Notes: generated from the sequence alone by a model not told the origin. 63,276 bases of DNA, filler included, from Licmophora abbreviata (GCA_900291995.1; 11 parts of 11 records of this genome joined end to end with filler, not necessarily neighbours in it), one strand, 5' to 3'. Counted from the whole stretch's first letter, positions 21,480 through 35,011 are shown. Program-made: numbers and translations.

Positions 21480-23067
21480 CTACCATCCATCGACAACGAC
21501 TTCTCCCGACGGCACTTCGTCCTCTTCTCCTCCCTCATCATCGCCGTCGTTGTCTTCTCCGTCATTCGGCTGAGGTTGTGACGATTCGGTGCCCGAATTG
21601 CTCCCTTCCATAGGAACCTCTCCCATATTTTCTTTCCCCTCCAGCCCTGCCCTTTCGTCTGATTCCAGCTTTTCCCGTTCTTCTACCGCCTTCTTGTGTA
21701 GGTCTTGCGATACGGCCCGGGCTTCCGGAGTATCCAGGAGCACATTGTGTCTGTGAGTGGAGAGAAAATGGCAGAGGGTGCCACACTTATTAGTCACGTC
21801 ATCGCCGGAAGTCCAAGTCCACCTGCAATTCCCCACTGCCCACCCATTCACGTACCTGAGAACAAGGGCTTCCGTCTCACTTCGCAATAGAGACATCATG
21901 GCACTCAGCTCATCATTGCGCTTGCGACGCTGACAGATATCGCGCTGAAGTTTCTCATTGGCATCTCGTTCCTTCTGGAGCTCACTCCTCAGAAAGCTCT
22001 CGTCTTCATTGATCTTGCTCACGTCTGCCGCTTCGCCGCTCATGGCTTCCAGCGTCTTGGGCAGGTTGGCCTCCAACCAGACCATAGAGTAATCATGGCT
22101 TCCGAATATGCTGTTGCAGCCTGTAATCAATGAGGAAACAAAGTCAGCATGAGAGTCTGAAAAGCTGCATTTGAATATTTTCATATCCCCTCTGCTCAAT
22201 ATTACCATACGCTGCTCCTCGGTCGGGAACGCGGCTCAACTGTGACAACAGCAATGGAACACCCCGCGGTGTCCTGGGCATGGTCTGCGCCTCCCAAGGT
22301 ACGACGTTTCCCTTGATCCCCTTGGTCCATTCCGTTTCCAACACACGGCATTCCCGCTCCGCCTCTTTTAGTTGCACCTCCACATCATTCCAGACATCCA
22401 GCACGTCCGTTTTGTCGGATCTGGTCGAATCTTGCATCAATGATCCACTTCCCTTTGGCATTTCAGTCCACTTTGTGCGATGTTGGAGACATCGTTGAAT
22501 ATCTCTGGCGATGGCCACACGAACACGCTGCAAGGCAACTACTTTCCCGCGTTTCTGAATCAAGGCTTGCAAGAGATCCAAGTGGTCATCTACAAACTTC
22601 CTCGTCTGCGCGAGACGTTTCGATTCGAGGACATAGGACGACCGCAAGGACATGTATTCGCTTTCGAGCAATTCTCGTTCGGCTTCCGCAGCCACTATGC
22701 GCTTGCGCAAAAGACCGAGTCGCTTCTCTTCCTCCGGATCAATCCGCACCGGCAAGGTGGGCGGTGGTTTGGGAGCCGCATGGTGGTGGCGCTTCTGCGG
22801 TTGGGGTATATTATTCGCGTTGGTATAGAGGTAGAGCTGTTGCGAATACGCCTTGCAGGCATTGGCGTAGGCCTCCATGTGACGTAGATCGCGATCGATT
22901 TCGTCGGCGCCGAGAATGCTGAGAGGGGTCTTGGTGCTAATGTAGCGAGACGACATCCCTCGTGCCAAGAGGTTGGGGTCCCGTGGGCGCATTTCGTAGA
23001 CGCCGACTCGCTGGCGTTTGGAGCGCAGCGAGTTTGAAGTAGCGCGTCGTTTCGAAGTGGGAGGCAT
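21480..23067 (-). CDS. Hypothetical coiled-coil protein with about 2 introns (~21750-21855, ~22120-22210)
   Basis: Consecutive minus-strand ORFs with heptad-like segments and an acidic tail. GT donors lie near 22208 and 21855. Confidence 0.6.
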
Positions 23068-23576
23068 ACTGAGATGAACAAGCAAGGAATTACAATCTAG
23101 GAAACCAACAAAAGAGCAAGCAACGACAAGACCCTGAGGTACAAGCAACGAGGTGAGACGCGAGAGTCAATTTTAAATGCGGTATCGATACACGAAGATA
23201 CGATATATAATGATCAGGTAAGCAGTCCGCCCAAGACCCGAGACGATTTCTCCTCGATTGCAGCTTTTCCTCTCCTTCCATCCGCACCAACACTGAACAG
23301 TGTTATCCCTGTGACGACTGGATCACCGAAATGGGCGCAGATCAACCAAACAGAGTCTTTCCTTACCGAAAAAGGAGTGCCAATGGAGCGGGGTCTCGAG
23401 ACTCGAAAAAGTGTGGAGACGGCGAGTCCCAGCGTCGTGTATCGTACTACTTGCAGTGCCATTCTACGGGTGTACATTCTACATGACTTCAGTACATGTG
23501 ACGTCATGACCCCATTCGTTGGAAAAAGTGTCATACACAAAAACCGCTTCGACACGACGAAACACACGGCGCGACC

Positions 23577-25137
23577 ATGACGGACTGGATCGCGTTCGTC
23601 GCCACTGCGTCGTTGTTCACTTGGCATCGACGACGCGGGAGAGAGCCAGATGATAAGCACAATCAGCTCTTCCGTGTATCTGAACACTGCGATGATCACC
23701 CTGTTCTGAGTGAGAAATGGAAGTACCACGCCGATCACGAACAGTTTGTGCGATTCTGTCCAAAGATGGAACTTCACGTTCACTTGGACGGAAGTTTCGA
23801 CCCAGAGAGACTCTATGAAAGCTTATTGGCACGAGACGAAACATACACGTGTCTACCAGTATCCACAGACCTGCCATGGGAACCTCAGACGCAACTGCCG
23901 ATTCGTCAAATGGTCCAGTCGTGTCGTACCGCACAAGACTTCCACAAGCTCTGCACGTGTCGTGGGAAGCAGTCGCTCTACGAAATGCTCAAGTGTTTCA
24001 TGCTCTTTACACCTATTGTACGAGGTCGATACGTTCTGTTGGAAGAGTTGGCTTTTGATTTTGTGAGACGCCAAGCCCAGCAACACATTGTTTACACGGA
24101 GGCGAGATATTCGCCGCATTTGTTGAATGAAGATGAAGACATGACTGATACGAGTGACACTGGGGATGAGAAATATCCCAATGATAGCAACGAGGAAAAG
24201 AAGGAACAGAGACACATGTCCAATGAAGCAGACAAGGTCGTGGACGCCGTGACGAGAGGATTGCGCCGAGGATGCAAAGAATTTCAAGTGACTGTCAACC
24301 AGATCGTCTGCGGCATTGCTTGGAGACCGGACTGGGCGATGGATGTTGTGAGACTGGCAAAGGAGAGACGCAATGACTACCCATGTGCCATTGTGGGACT
24401 TGATATTGCAGCTGGGGAGCAACATTTTGACGAGGTATGTAGCCTGCAGTGCTGTGATTGGTTAGATGCTGCGGCCCTGCGCCTTCGAAACGCACTCACC
24501 GCGCCTCTTATCTCTGGTTCCGCAGAAGAAATTTCCAGATCTACACCATCCATACCTTGAAGCCTTTCGAAAAGCACAAGAACTGGAGCTGAACATTACA
24601 ATGCACGCTGGCGAAGTCGAAACTGCTCACAATGTGGAACGGGCCATCCAGATGTACGGCGCCAAGAGAATTGGACACGGCTATCGATTGCTAGAGAAGC
24701 CTTCTCTGATTTCGAACCTTCCACCGGACGTTCACATTGAAATATGCCCGACCAGTTCCCTTGAGACAGGTGGATGGAAGCAACCGACCGATATACTAAG
24801 TCCATGGACCCAACACCCGACGGTTTCATTCCTTCGCGACTGGCTACTCAAAGTGAGTTTGAGCTCGGATGATCCGGCCGTCTTTGATACCAGTCTGACA
24901 TGGCAGTGGCGGATTGCTCTGGGGAAAATGGGTTTAACAAAGCACGAGTTGATCACCATGAATCGAAACGCCATTGACGCCGCCTTTTGTGGAGATGTGG
25001 AGAAAAAGCGACTGCACGCCGTGTTGACAAAGTATTGGGAGAATGGACAGAGAGCTCCCCCAGCACTGCTGCAGCAACATAGTTTTACGGATCGGGTTGG
25101 AGGAATATCACGGAAGAGTATCGATAGTATTTGTTGA
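23577..25137 (+). CDS. Adenosine deaminase family protein; intron 24435-24525
   Basis: ELHVHLDGS, YTEARYSPH, HAGE, RIGHGY, EICPTS and SSDDP motifs. The intron joins HFDE|KKFP. Confidence 0.93.
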
Positions 25138-26028
25138 GATAGAATAGACTAGGACTTCTGTTATAAGCCTACCAAGTCCTCCAGCCAGGTGCCCAGCTCC
25201 GTAGAACGAGGGTGTGTTAAGCATGCATCTGCATCTGATGATTGTGCGCCTCGAGTGGTCTACCGGTACCCTGGTAGGCACCGACCGAGTCATAATATTC
25301 GACTTTTGGCCCCGGATGTGCCGCGTAGAAACAATACGGCAGGGCCACGTAGGAGTGACCGCCTCGATGCTACTTGAAAGCGAGAGAAGCGACTGAAGAA
25401 CACAAGGGTTATGCAAGCAATCAGCCTCTTGTGTCCTTTCAAATGTGTTCATCATGGTGCTAGAAGGCGTAGGAAAGGACAAAAAAAGAGAGGAAGCGAC
25501 AAGAAGCGCCAAAGGCGACATGGAAAGCTTGACGAAGCTTGATGGCTGGAGGTCTCGTACTGCGAGTACCAGCGATTACGTAGAGAAAGTGTTCCATCAT
25601 CGCCGATGCCGTGGCCATATTTCGATCGACCTTTCCAGTGTAGATCCTGATCCCGTCTTTCGAAATGTAGTCCATGGGGATAGAGGAGAGCGCCGGCGAG
25701 TGGAGAGGTCCGGGGAGGGCGCTCAGCGCTTTCCATAGTCGACCGTCGACAATTTCTGTCAGTCCGCGAGGTCGCGAGATATTTTTTGCTGTGAAGTTGG
25801 GNNNNNNNNNNNNNNNNNNNNNNNNNNNNNNNNNNNNNNNNNNNNTTAATTAATTAANNNNNNNNNNNNNNNNNNNNNNNNNNNNNNNNNNNNNNNNNNN
25901 NGCAAGCTCAGCTTGGAGATCGGCTTGGAGTGATGCAGATGGTACGTGCTGGGAACTCGTATGTGTGTGACCCATCCTGATTCTTGATCGTGAACAACAA
26001 ACTCACTCGCACCATGGCTCATTAGAAT

Positions 26029-26322
26029 TTGCTTATTCGCAAGCAAAACGGGAAGAACCAATCCCAGCTTCGAGCCCTGCTCAAGGAGGTTCCTCAAGAC
26101 GCCGCAGTCAACGTCGGGGCGATGGGAGCTGCTCCCGCCTTCATAGGCGATGGCGGCGGCGTCTTTCCATCCTCCGTAGACCAGCTGACTAACGACATGA
26201 GCAACGCTCGTGTCACTGCACTTGCGATTTGGTATGGCATTGATGGGACTGTGATCCCTGCACCTCCGGCTTCTCTAGGCGAGCGAAAGAACGCTTTGAA
26301 GCTCTGGATGGGAGTGGATTGA
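26029..26322 (+). CDS. 3' part of a small hypothetical protein, possibly Mug135/DUF1773-like
   Basis: FPSSVDQL...LAIWYG...ERKNALKLWMG pattern. The 5' end is unclear near the gap. Confidence 0.35.
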   Translation: MLIRKQNGKNQSQLRALLKEVPQDAAVNVGAMGAAPAFIGDGGGVFPSSVDQLTNDMSNARVTALAIWYGIDGTVIPAPPASLGERKNALKLWMGVD

Positions 26323-26675
26323 AATGTCACATTGAATGTACGGACTTGGAAGGGGCTTTTTCATGCTTTTATTTACATTGGATGGATATGATACGACAAA
26401 CATAGAACTACACGTAGAAACGATGGTTGATTCAACTGCGTCATTGTGACCACTTCGGTGATATCTTTGCCCAACGAAAGTACTACTCGTACTCGTACCA
26501 TTCGCGATTGCATTCATTCTAGTAGAGAGCCCCAATCTCTTGAAAAAATCTGGCGAGTACGATGCCTCAAACCAGGCCTTTGTTCCACACCAGGCTGCTT
26601 CTTGTAGAATCACTCAAACATTGAATGACTTCACCTCAGAGTTGGTTGCTGTTACCGGGTACGCTATGCCCTCCC

Positions 26676-26873
26676 CTAACCGATTCTCGGAGCTTGCTGG
26701 ACCAGATTGTTTTCATCGACGAAGACACGAACTCTGTCCTCGCGATAGTCCATTGTTACCATGGAATCGACGGGGAGAATCTGTACGAGCTTGATTGCAG
26801 GGTTCGACTCTATCACCTTCTTTGCCTCATCACCCGTCTTTCCCACTAGTTTTGACCATGAGGAGGACTCCAT
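26676..26873 (-). CDS. Potato inhibitor I (I13) family serine protease inhibitor
   Basis: SSWSKLVGKTGDEAK...VTMDYREDRVRVFVD...PRIG. Confidence 0.93.
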   Translation of the reverse strand: MESSSWSKLVGKTGDEAKKVIESNPAIKLVQILPVDSMVTMDYREDRVRVFVDENNLVQQAPRIG

Positions 26874-27261
26874 GGCGGGATGAATACTTACTCGAAGGAT
26901 CGCAACAAAGTGGACCGTGAGATCTGCAGACACGATCTGTGCTTTGGCTGTTTTGTGTCTTTTCTCGGATGACTAAAATGGAAAAAATGTTACTGAGAGG
27001 TCATTTCGGTCTAAAATTGAGGCCTATTCGGTCGTGACGGCCACCTATTCTATCGTATCCGTGCGTAGATTGATTATTCACAAAAGAGGGTCCAGAGAAT
27101 GGGAAACGATAGTGTAAGCCTCATCTGACCAACGCGCCTGTTTTAGAAGGGATGAGATGACTGACACGATGTGATGACCCCCGGCCATAGGACCGTTGTG
27201 TATTGGGATGCTTCGATGACCTCGCCCAACGATTAATGATGATCGATGGTAGCCGCGAAGA

Positions 27262-28583
27262 ATGTTGAGAAGGCGTCCTTTTCTCTCCGTGCTGGTCGCC
27301 CTTGCTGTGCTGGGAGCTCTTGATATTCTTGGCTCCTTAACGCGAGTCAGCAATATACAGACGCTTCTTCTGCAAGGAGCAGGCGACTCTTCATTGTCAT
27401 TGTTGGATAGCAACAAGCTTCAAGCACCTTGGGACGAAACCCTTGAGAAGAATACTAGTACGGCTAGCAATAGGAATACTAGCACAATGATCAAGGAGAC
27501 GCAGGGAGCCAATAGGACCGATGCTACTGAGACGAGTACGACAGCCAAGTCTTCTGTCTCTTCTCCGCTTGTCCTGGACTTTCTCAGCATCGGGTCGCTC
27601 TCGCGACCGGACTTTCAAGAAGCTCAAAGATCCACGTTCGGAAACCATCCGTCCATTCGCTACTTCTTCAACGTGACAGAACAAGATGACGCCGAACCAT
27701 ACTGTTCAAGCAATCTTACGCTCGAGGATGTCTTTGCCATCTCTGACACTTGTCGGGGGAAAATATGGAATAAAAAATCACTCATGCACTACCAGAGAAA
27801 TGAGTACGCCAGGAGAACTTGGCTTGAAGGGAAGAAGAACCCTGTTGGATGGCTATGCGCACAGAAACGGCCCATCCATGGGCTTAGCAAGGCATTGGAA
27901 AAATATCGAGCCGAAAGACTGCCAGATTATCTTGTGATCATGGACGATGACTCTTATTATCAAGTGGAGCTTGTACAAGAAGAGTTGCGACGATATATTT
28001 CTGATGATGCACATGTTGTGGCTGGCTGTCTCATACGAAATCGCCTTGCTGACGCCAATTTTACCCTCCCATTCGGTGGATGGGGGACGATACTCAGCCG
28101 GGGCGCCATTTTCAATTTGATGAGACCCGTGCACTGCTCCCAAACGCACAATCAGGACGACGAGTTTGTATCAAACGCTTGCCGTCGCCTCGAAGAAAAT
28201 CAGATTGGCGAAAAGCACCTGTTTCGCGAAGGCATGTCAGTCGGAGAACTCATGCAAGCGTATGCTGTCGCGGAACCTTTTGGGGCTCATGCTAGTTGGA
28301 GTCATGGGTTCTGTCTTCACTCGACTGGGCGCTCGGCTTCTTTTTCAACTTCTACTTCGTCGGTTTACATTCCGGTGGACGCCTGGACGTGTCGCATGAT
28401 CGAATGAAAGGGTACCTTGACTCGGAAATGTACGTCGGGCGCAAAACAGCCCGGATCAGAGCATACTTTCGGCAGTGCAAGAACAATTCCCCCGAACATT
28501 GTTCGGCTGAGTCGCATATCTGTCACTATCAGACCCCCGAAAGCATGAAAGTACTGACTGCTACATGGAAAGTTCCAGTCTGA
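27262..28583 (+). CDS. Type II membrane GT-A glycosyltransferase-like protein (GT31/fringe-like), with a 1-nt frameshift near 28322
   Basis: N-terminal TM, stem region, GWLCAQKRP and DYLVIMDDDSY. The GFCLHS/DWALG motif is split between two frames. Confidence 0.65.
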
Positions 28584-28858
28584 ACAACACTGGTGGCGGG
28601 ACGATCGGAACTGGCGCTTCATCTTTCCTTTCTTGTGTTGTGTGAGACTGAACAGTCGAGACAACATGAGTTTGTGGAGGTCTAGCCGTAAAATGAGGTG
28701 GGGAATGAGTGCATAGATCATTTCGGCGCTGTTCCCAGAGCAATCCTCGCGGCATCTGGGCTGCTCTCTCGAAACGCATGTAAAAAGGAAAAGAGTGATA
28801 CCTTCCTTTAGCCAAGTACCTGGTGCGTAACATTCCTTTATATAGTCATAATAATTTC

Positions 28859-31800
28859 TTACGAGAACATGTTGTCTGAACTGGACTGCCGATAGGAGCG
28901 GCGTATGGAGTCGTCGCTGATCGTCGTGAGCGTCACCAGTAAGTCGGCTACTTCCTCCGCGTCATACACCCACTGAGAGGCATGCGTGGGCTTCTTGCCA
29001 ACTGCCACGGTGTAACAGTACAAAGGATCTTTTACGGGGACTGCTGTCAGCTCTTCCACGTCCATGCCCGAGTCCCGGGAGCCTAATACAGGGGGAGTGG
29101 GCTTGACATTCTGGTCGTCTCCCATTTCGGCCACAAAGGAAAAAACAGACTGTAGAAACAAAGGGGAATAAGAATGAGACACTTAACTCGACCTCCATCG
29201 CGGCAAGGATGATATAACAACGCAAACGTACCGTAAACATCTTTTCGTCGGAAATATCATCCCCCATGCAAAGGATGAAATCTACTCCATCCTGGATCCC
29301 CGTGTCGCGCAAGACCTTCTTGACCAGCAATCCCTTGTTTAATTTCCTCGGAACGATCTCGACCACCCCTTTGAGAGTAACAAATCTCACATCAAACGCA
29401 CGGAGCTCGCTCTCTAATTCCAAAACAAGATGCGATGCTTGCAACGACCCCCACTCGGGATCGCACGAGTAGTAAGACCAGCCGATGCTAAAGTGTGTCA
29501 ATTTCACGAACGATCCATTGGAACGAGCGGTGTACTTGAAAGAACGGGGAGAGCCACTCTCTTCACGGCATCCCAGTCCACGCCAAGATCGAAGGTTTCC
29601 CACTTCCGTTGAGTACTTCCAGCTAGAGTTGGGGGAGAAAAGTGCCCACCATTACTAGCCGCAAGTCCAAGACCAGGAATGTGTCCTACGGCGTTGACCA
29701 CATTTTCGCTCGAGTCACCCGAAACGACGTATACCGTGTTGCGGGGATCTGCGCACAAAGCTGTCAACGCTTCAATGACCTCTGGCGGTGGCTTATTCCC
29801 ACTAGTTCCAAGAATTTCTCGTTTGAGGTACTTTCCAGGAGGTTCCTTGATGACAATCGTACCGTTGAAATCCAAAATGAGCACGCGACTTTTGGAAGCC
29901 TCAAACGCCCTCGTGAGCGAGTTGGCTTCAACATGNNNNNNNNNNNNNNNNNNNNNNNNNNNNNNNNNNNNNNNNNNNNTTAATTAATTAANNNNNNNNN
30001 NNNNNNNNNNNNNNNNNNNNNNNNNNNNNNNNNNNTCCACTCTCGCGAGCAAGATAGGCTGCCGTGCTGTCAATCAACTCTTTCCTTCCTGGGATGGGGG
30101 TAATGGAGCCTGGCGTTTGATGCGCTGAGTTCGATTGGCTATCGCTGGTGGGCTGATGAATGATGGCGTCGCGCAAGTCACGGAGCACGTTGCGGGTCCA
30201 CTTGTCCGACGGACTCGTCGAAACAAAATCAATGTCACGATAGCGACGACCCTCGCGCTCTTGCGTGTCCATGCTCAAGGCTTTATCGATCGTCGTGACA
30301 GACATTTGGATGTCAAAAGGATTGACGCGCAAGGCTCCGTTCAGAATACTGCACACGGCAGAGAACTCCGACGCAATCACTACTCCAGGACGCTCTGGTT
30401 CCTTGTGAGCGTAGATAAACTCCATCGGCCAATGATTCAATCCTTCACGAATCGGCGTAACCATGAGGACATCGGCCGCCTTCCACAGCGCCAGACGCTG
30501 GTCCATGGGCATGGACGTTCCCTGCATCTCCTGATAGTCAATCACCTGTGGCCCATATGTATCGGCAATGCGCTTGGCCAACATGCGAAGTTCCCGAACG
30601 GTCGTGACTTCGTCCGCCTGGCGCGAGCCCGGCATCAGGACGCGCTGCACCATGACAACACGAGACTGCCACGAGGGATAGTCGCGAAGGAGCCTCTCAA
30701 AGGCAAGCAGCTTGAGCGAAACTCCCGATAGGCGCTGACCAATATCAAGACCACCAATGACCATGCGTCCTTCATGCCTCTTTCTGAGTTCTGTTGCTCC
30801 CGTCTCGACTGTAGGAAGGAGAAGAGCAGCTGTTTCCACAAGAAAGCAATGTGTTTGAGTATGAGACACTTTGCAAAACAAACGCGACGTTTTTCCCACT
30901 ACATTTCATCTCACTACGAACCTTCCACCATTTTTGGTTCAATCGACACATTCGCCATGGTTACGAGCACAGTCTTTCCTTGAAAGTGCACTCCAATCAA
31001 CCCACCCACCAAACTCTCATAGTCCAATCCCAGAATGCGCTTCGAAGCATTCAGAAAGTGCCTTGCATGGTCAAACGCATGAAATCCCACTACATCCGCA
31101 TGCAACATTCCCTGCAGGATGGCTTCTCCACATTCCAATTCACGGAAAATCTGTGACGTGGGAAAAGGAATGTGCAAGAAGAAGACCTTGCGCGTCATGG
31201 CCTTGCCCATTTTCTGAATCTCATCCACCGCCATGAGTTCGGGCAGCAGCGACAAGTGATAATCATGGATCCACACGATGTCATTCAAGCGCGTGCACAT
31301 GTTCATGACTTCCGCAAACTTTTGATTGACCTGCTGATAAGCCTGCCACCAATTGTCCAATCGACTCTGATCCCACCCGCGTTCTTGTTTGCCACTCAGA
31401 TCCAGCAAGTCAATGTTGTGAAAGGCCGGCCACAAAACTTGTTTGCAAAATCCAAGATAGGCAGACTGCATCAAGTCGCGATCCAAAAAGAGCGGAGTAC
31501 AGTCCATGCTCTTGAGCAATTCAGTTACAGCCTGCTTGTCGGCTTCCGTCTGAATGGGAGGGTGCGTCGTGACGGTTCCGATCCAGTGTGCATTGTAACT
31601 GCTAATGACGTGGGAGCCTTCCGTCTTGGCAAGTAAACTTTCACTCCAACTGGCTCGCCACTGTTTGGATGTTGGATGTTGTACCACCACAACGGGCAAG
31701 TGATAGCAGACAAAGAATATACGCTGTTCGTCTGGAAATGCAGGAGGAGTGCGGTATCCGGAGGATCCTTCACCAATGGAAACGGTGGAGGTGGAAGACA

Positions 31801-32890
31801 GCTGACTGCTGCTGACAAGCTGCTGTTGCGAGCGCAGCTCGTTGACTTTGCGGTTTTCATCGTTAATCTGTAAAGAAGCGACAAGGGAGTGTTCCATCAG
31901 AGACCAGAACGAAACGACAATCGTCACACAAACAAGAATGAACAAACCAGTCCACACACACACACAAGACTTACGGCCTCTCGAATGAGATAAGATTCAT
32001 AGGAAGCATCATCACTCGCATTCCAATTATCGACACGCACATGCGTCGTCCCATCCAGGGATTCCACCAGTTCCGCTTCACCTCCCAGGACAACGGAAGC
32101 ATCCTCCACACGAATATCGAGCGTCCGAAAGGGCAAATTGGCCAAATTGGTTTGCTTCTTGGTACTGGTACTGGTGAGAATGCTGCGAAAGCTGGCTGTG
32201 GAGACTTCTCCCGGAGTGTCAACCGACAGGTTATTATGAAAGGGGTCTTCCCAGGCCATTACGGGACTGATTTCGTTGTAGTCGTTGGAAGTAGCGACTC
32301 CACCGCCGTCGGTGGCTCCTTCCATGGTTTCGTCTTCTGTAGCACTGGCGACCTGCAAACCCACAGTAGTAGTATCCGTACTGGCTCCCGGCGTAACTAC
32401 CATGTATCGATAGTAATGATGCTGCACAGCAGGTCCCTTCTTGTGCAATACAATAACGACAGGACGACGCGTCTTCCATACGGGATAGAGGTCCGGCGAA
32501 GTGACCATTTCCACACTGCTCGTGTAGCTCATTTCAGGATTCTCGTCCAGCAGCGTCATATCTTCGAGGAGCGCTGCGTCCGGACTCGCGACGGTGGCTG
32601 CATTCTGCTGGACGCTCTGCGCAATGTGATGAGCGCCGGATGGATCGTTGGCCGTCAGGTGGGTCGGAGCCCAGAGCGTACTGCCCGTGACGCGCAGCGT
32701 ACTCCCAATGGGCACTTGCGCCTTGCAGCAAAAGTGAAGGCGCANNNNNNNNNNNNNNNNNNNNNNNNNNNNNNNNNNNNNNNNNNNNTTAATTAATTAA
32801 NNNNNNNNNNNNNNNNNNNNNNNNNNNNNNNNNNNNNNNNNNNNCCACGCGTCCGGGGAGTGAAGTAGTAGTAGAAGAAGAAGATTGCAT
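28859..32890 (-). CDS. TPS: CBM20-like domain + trehalose-6-phosphate synthase (GT20) + phosphatase (HAD) fusion; introns 29150-29231, 30830-30921, 31868-31974; spans two gaps; frameshift near 29538
   Basis: YLGFCKQVLWPAFH, WIHDYHL, FFLHIPFPTSQIFR, GFHAFDHARHF, REGLN, SEF, RVNPFD, ILDFNGT, VVSG and GDDISDEKMF motifs. ATG at 32890 (MQSSSSTTTSLPGRV). Confidence 0.93.
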
Positions 32891-33250
32891 GATGGAAAGG
32901 AAGCAAAGGGAGAGAGAAAGTCTGCTTCGAACGGCAACTCAGATCACCATTGTCATCACATACGGAGTACGTTTCGATCTTGAATCTGCTGCATCCGCGG
33001 TTTGGTCGGGTGGAAGTACAGAGCGCTGCGATCTGATTGGCCAAGCGGCAAGAGTTCGTGTCAACACAGTCTGTCAGGCGTACGACAATCTCAATCGTCG
33101 AACCAACACAAGCAAGCCACATTCTGAATTCAGAATTCATACCTCGTAATTCATGCAGTGTCTTTGCAGTCGTTGCTCGTGCTAGCCATTGCGTTCTACT
33201 GCTCTCCTCCCCGCCTTCCCTTTCGTCTCCTTCTTGTGTATTCATCAATC

Positions 33251-34174
33251 ATGGGCGCCAATCCAGACGACGACCTCAACAAGCCGCCTTCGGCTCCGCC
33301 AGAGACAAAAACCGTCTCATCGTCGCAGCAGCACGAGGATCCTGCCTCGACGATCACTTCGACTACTAGTAGCACTCATCCATCATCATCATCATCACTC
33401 GCCGAACTCACTGTTCAGAACGAAGCACAGCTGAATGCCATTCAGTCCAATATTGAAGAGAATCAGCCTCTGACGTCCATTCAATACAGCGTCACGTCAC
33501 TCCGGGATCTCTACGAACCCGACTCCAACTTTGACCGGGGCGTGCAGTACCTTGCGCGGCACTATAGATTCGTACGCAGAGTACGAGGCGATGGAAATTG
33601 CTTTTATCGAGCACTCCTCTATCGACTCTGCGAGGAACTCAAGGAGTCCGAGACAGAACGACTGCGAGTGCTGGCGCTGGTGCAGACTTCTATTGATACA
33701 GTCACACGGTATGGATATGAACGATTTGCGTTGGAGGTTTTTCATGAGGAACTCGTGGAGTTGTTGGATAAGAAACTACCAGTCCTCTCACTCGAACAAT
33801 TGCACTCGACGCTCAATGAGGCTAACGCCACGAGTGATTACTGCACGTGGTATTTACGAATCTTGACGGCATGTCACTTGAAGTCCGATGTGCCACGATT
33901 CGAAGCCTTTCTCGCATTGCCACATATTTCCATTACTGCCTTTTGTCAAGCAGAAGTCGAGCCCATGGGGAAAGACTGTGATATGCTGCAAGTGATGGCT
34001 CTTGCAGAAGCCTTGCAAATTCGTGTTGTTGTGGAGTATTTGGATGGACGGGATGAATTGACCAATGATGGTGCTTTGCAGCGACACGTCTTTGGAAACC
34101 AACAAGAGACTGAAGAAACCTCTGCGCTTGTGCTGCTCTATCGACCGGGCCATTATGACATCCTGTACAAGTAA
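33251..34174 (+). CDS. OTUB: Otubain (OTU deubiquitinase, peptidase C65)
   Basis: RRVRGDGNCFYRA and LLYRPGHYDILYK. Confidence 0.95.
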   Translation: MGANPDDDLNKPPSAPPETKTVSSSQQHEDPASTITSTTSSTHPSSSSSLAELTVQNEAQLNAIQSNIEENQPLTSIQYSVTSLRDLYEPDSNFDRGVQYLARHYRFVRRVRGDGNCFYRALLYRLCEELKESETERLRVLALVQTSIDTVTRYGYERFALEVFHEELVELLDKKLPVLSLEQLHSTLNEANATSDYCTWYLRILTACHLKSDVPRFEAFLALPHISITAFCQAEVEPMGKDCDMLQVMALAEALQIRVVVEYLDGRDELTNDGALQRHVFGNQQETEETSALVLLYRPGHYDILYK

Positions 34175-35011
34175 CATTAAGAGACTGACCAAAAACATAT
34201 AGAAAACTTCTTAGGGTGCATTTTGTATGGTATTGCAAGACTGAGGCACTGCTAGAGCATGATGGACAGAAAAATGGTTTAAGAAAAATGAAGCGCTTCG
34301 TCACTCTTTCAGTTCATTTGTATCCGAACGTCTCTTTGGCTGCTTGCAGCGCTAGAAAACAAGGCTAGTCTCGTCTCCACACTGGATGGATCCCTACTCA
34401 TATGTCAGTTCCGCTTCTATCGATTTATGCTACATGATGCAACTCTGACCCCCCTGATGATTGATTCATTCTGCTCGTTTCTCACTCACATGTGTACGAG
34501 GTAGTACATGAGCATGAAGAGGGTGAGGAATGAATCAGTCGGATCAATCGTCTATTTTACAAGATTTATATATTTGCATACATCATTCTTCTCAGGAACG
34601 ACCATACAACGATGACAGCGNNNNNNNNNNNNNNNNNNNNNNNNNNNNNNNNNNNNNNNNNNNNTTAATTAATTAANNNNNNNNNNNNNNNNNNNNNNNN
34701 NNNNNNNNNNNNNNNNNNNNCTTTTTTATTCTGAACGGGCACCCTTAGAGGGTAACATTTTACCTTCAAAGTGGAAGAGAGAAAGAGAGAAGAAAGCTTT
34801 GTGTGTTCAAAAGTTGCGGCTCTATGGCAACGAGTAATTTTAGCGTGACCCAGCGATCGTGAAGTGGCTGACATCTGGGGTGTTGCTCATTGGAGGCATA
34901 GGTATCATACAGCATGCAATTTATGAATGATGTGTGGGAGCATAATATTACACGAATGGAGATGAGGGGGATACACTTGGTTTTTGGTAGAGGATTTAAG
35001 GAGACCGTGTA

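Noticed and set aside
25108..25740. Short ORFs on both strands next to adenosine deaminase
   Set aside because: No recognisable motif or consistent exon structure could be assembled.
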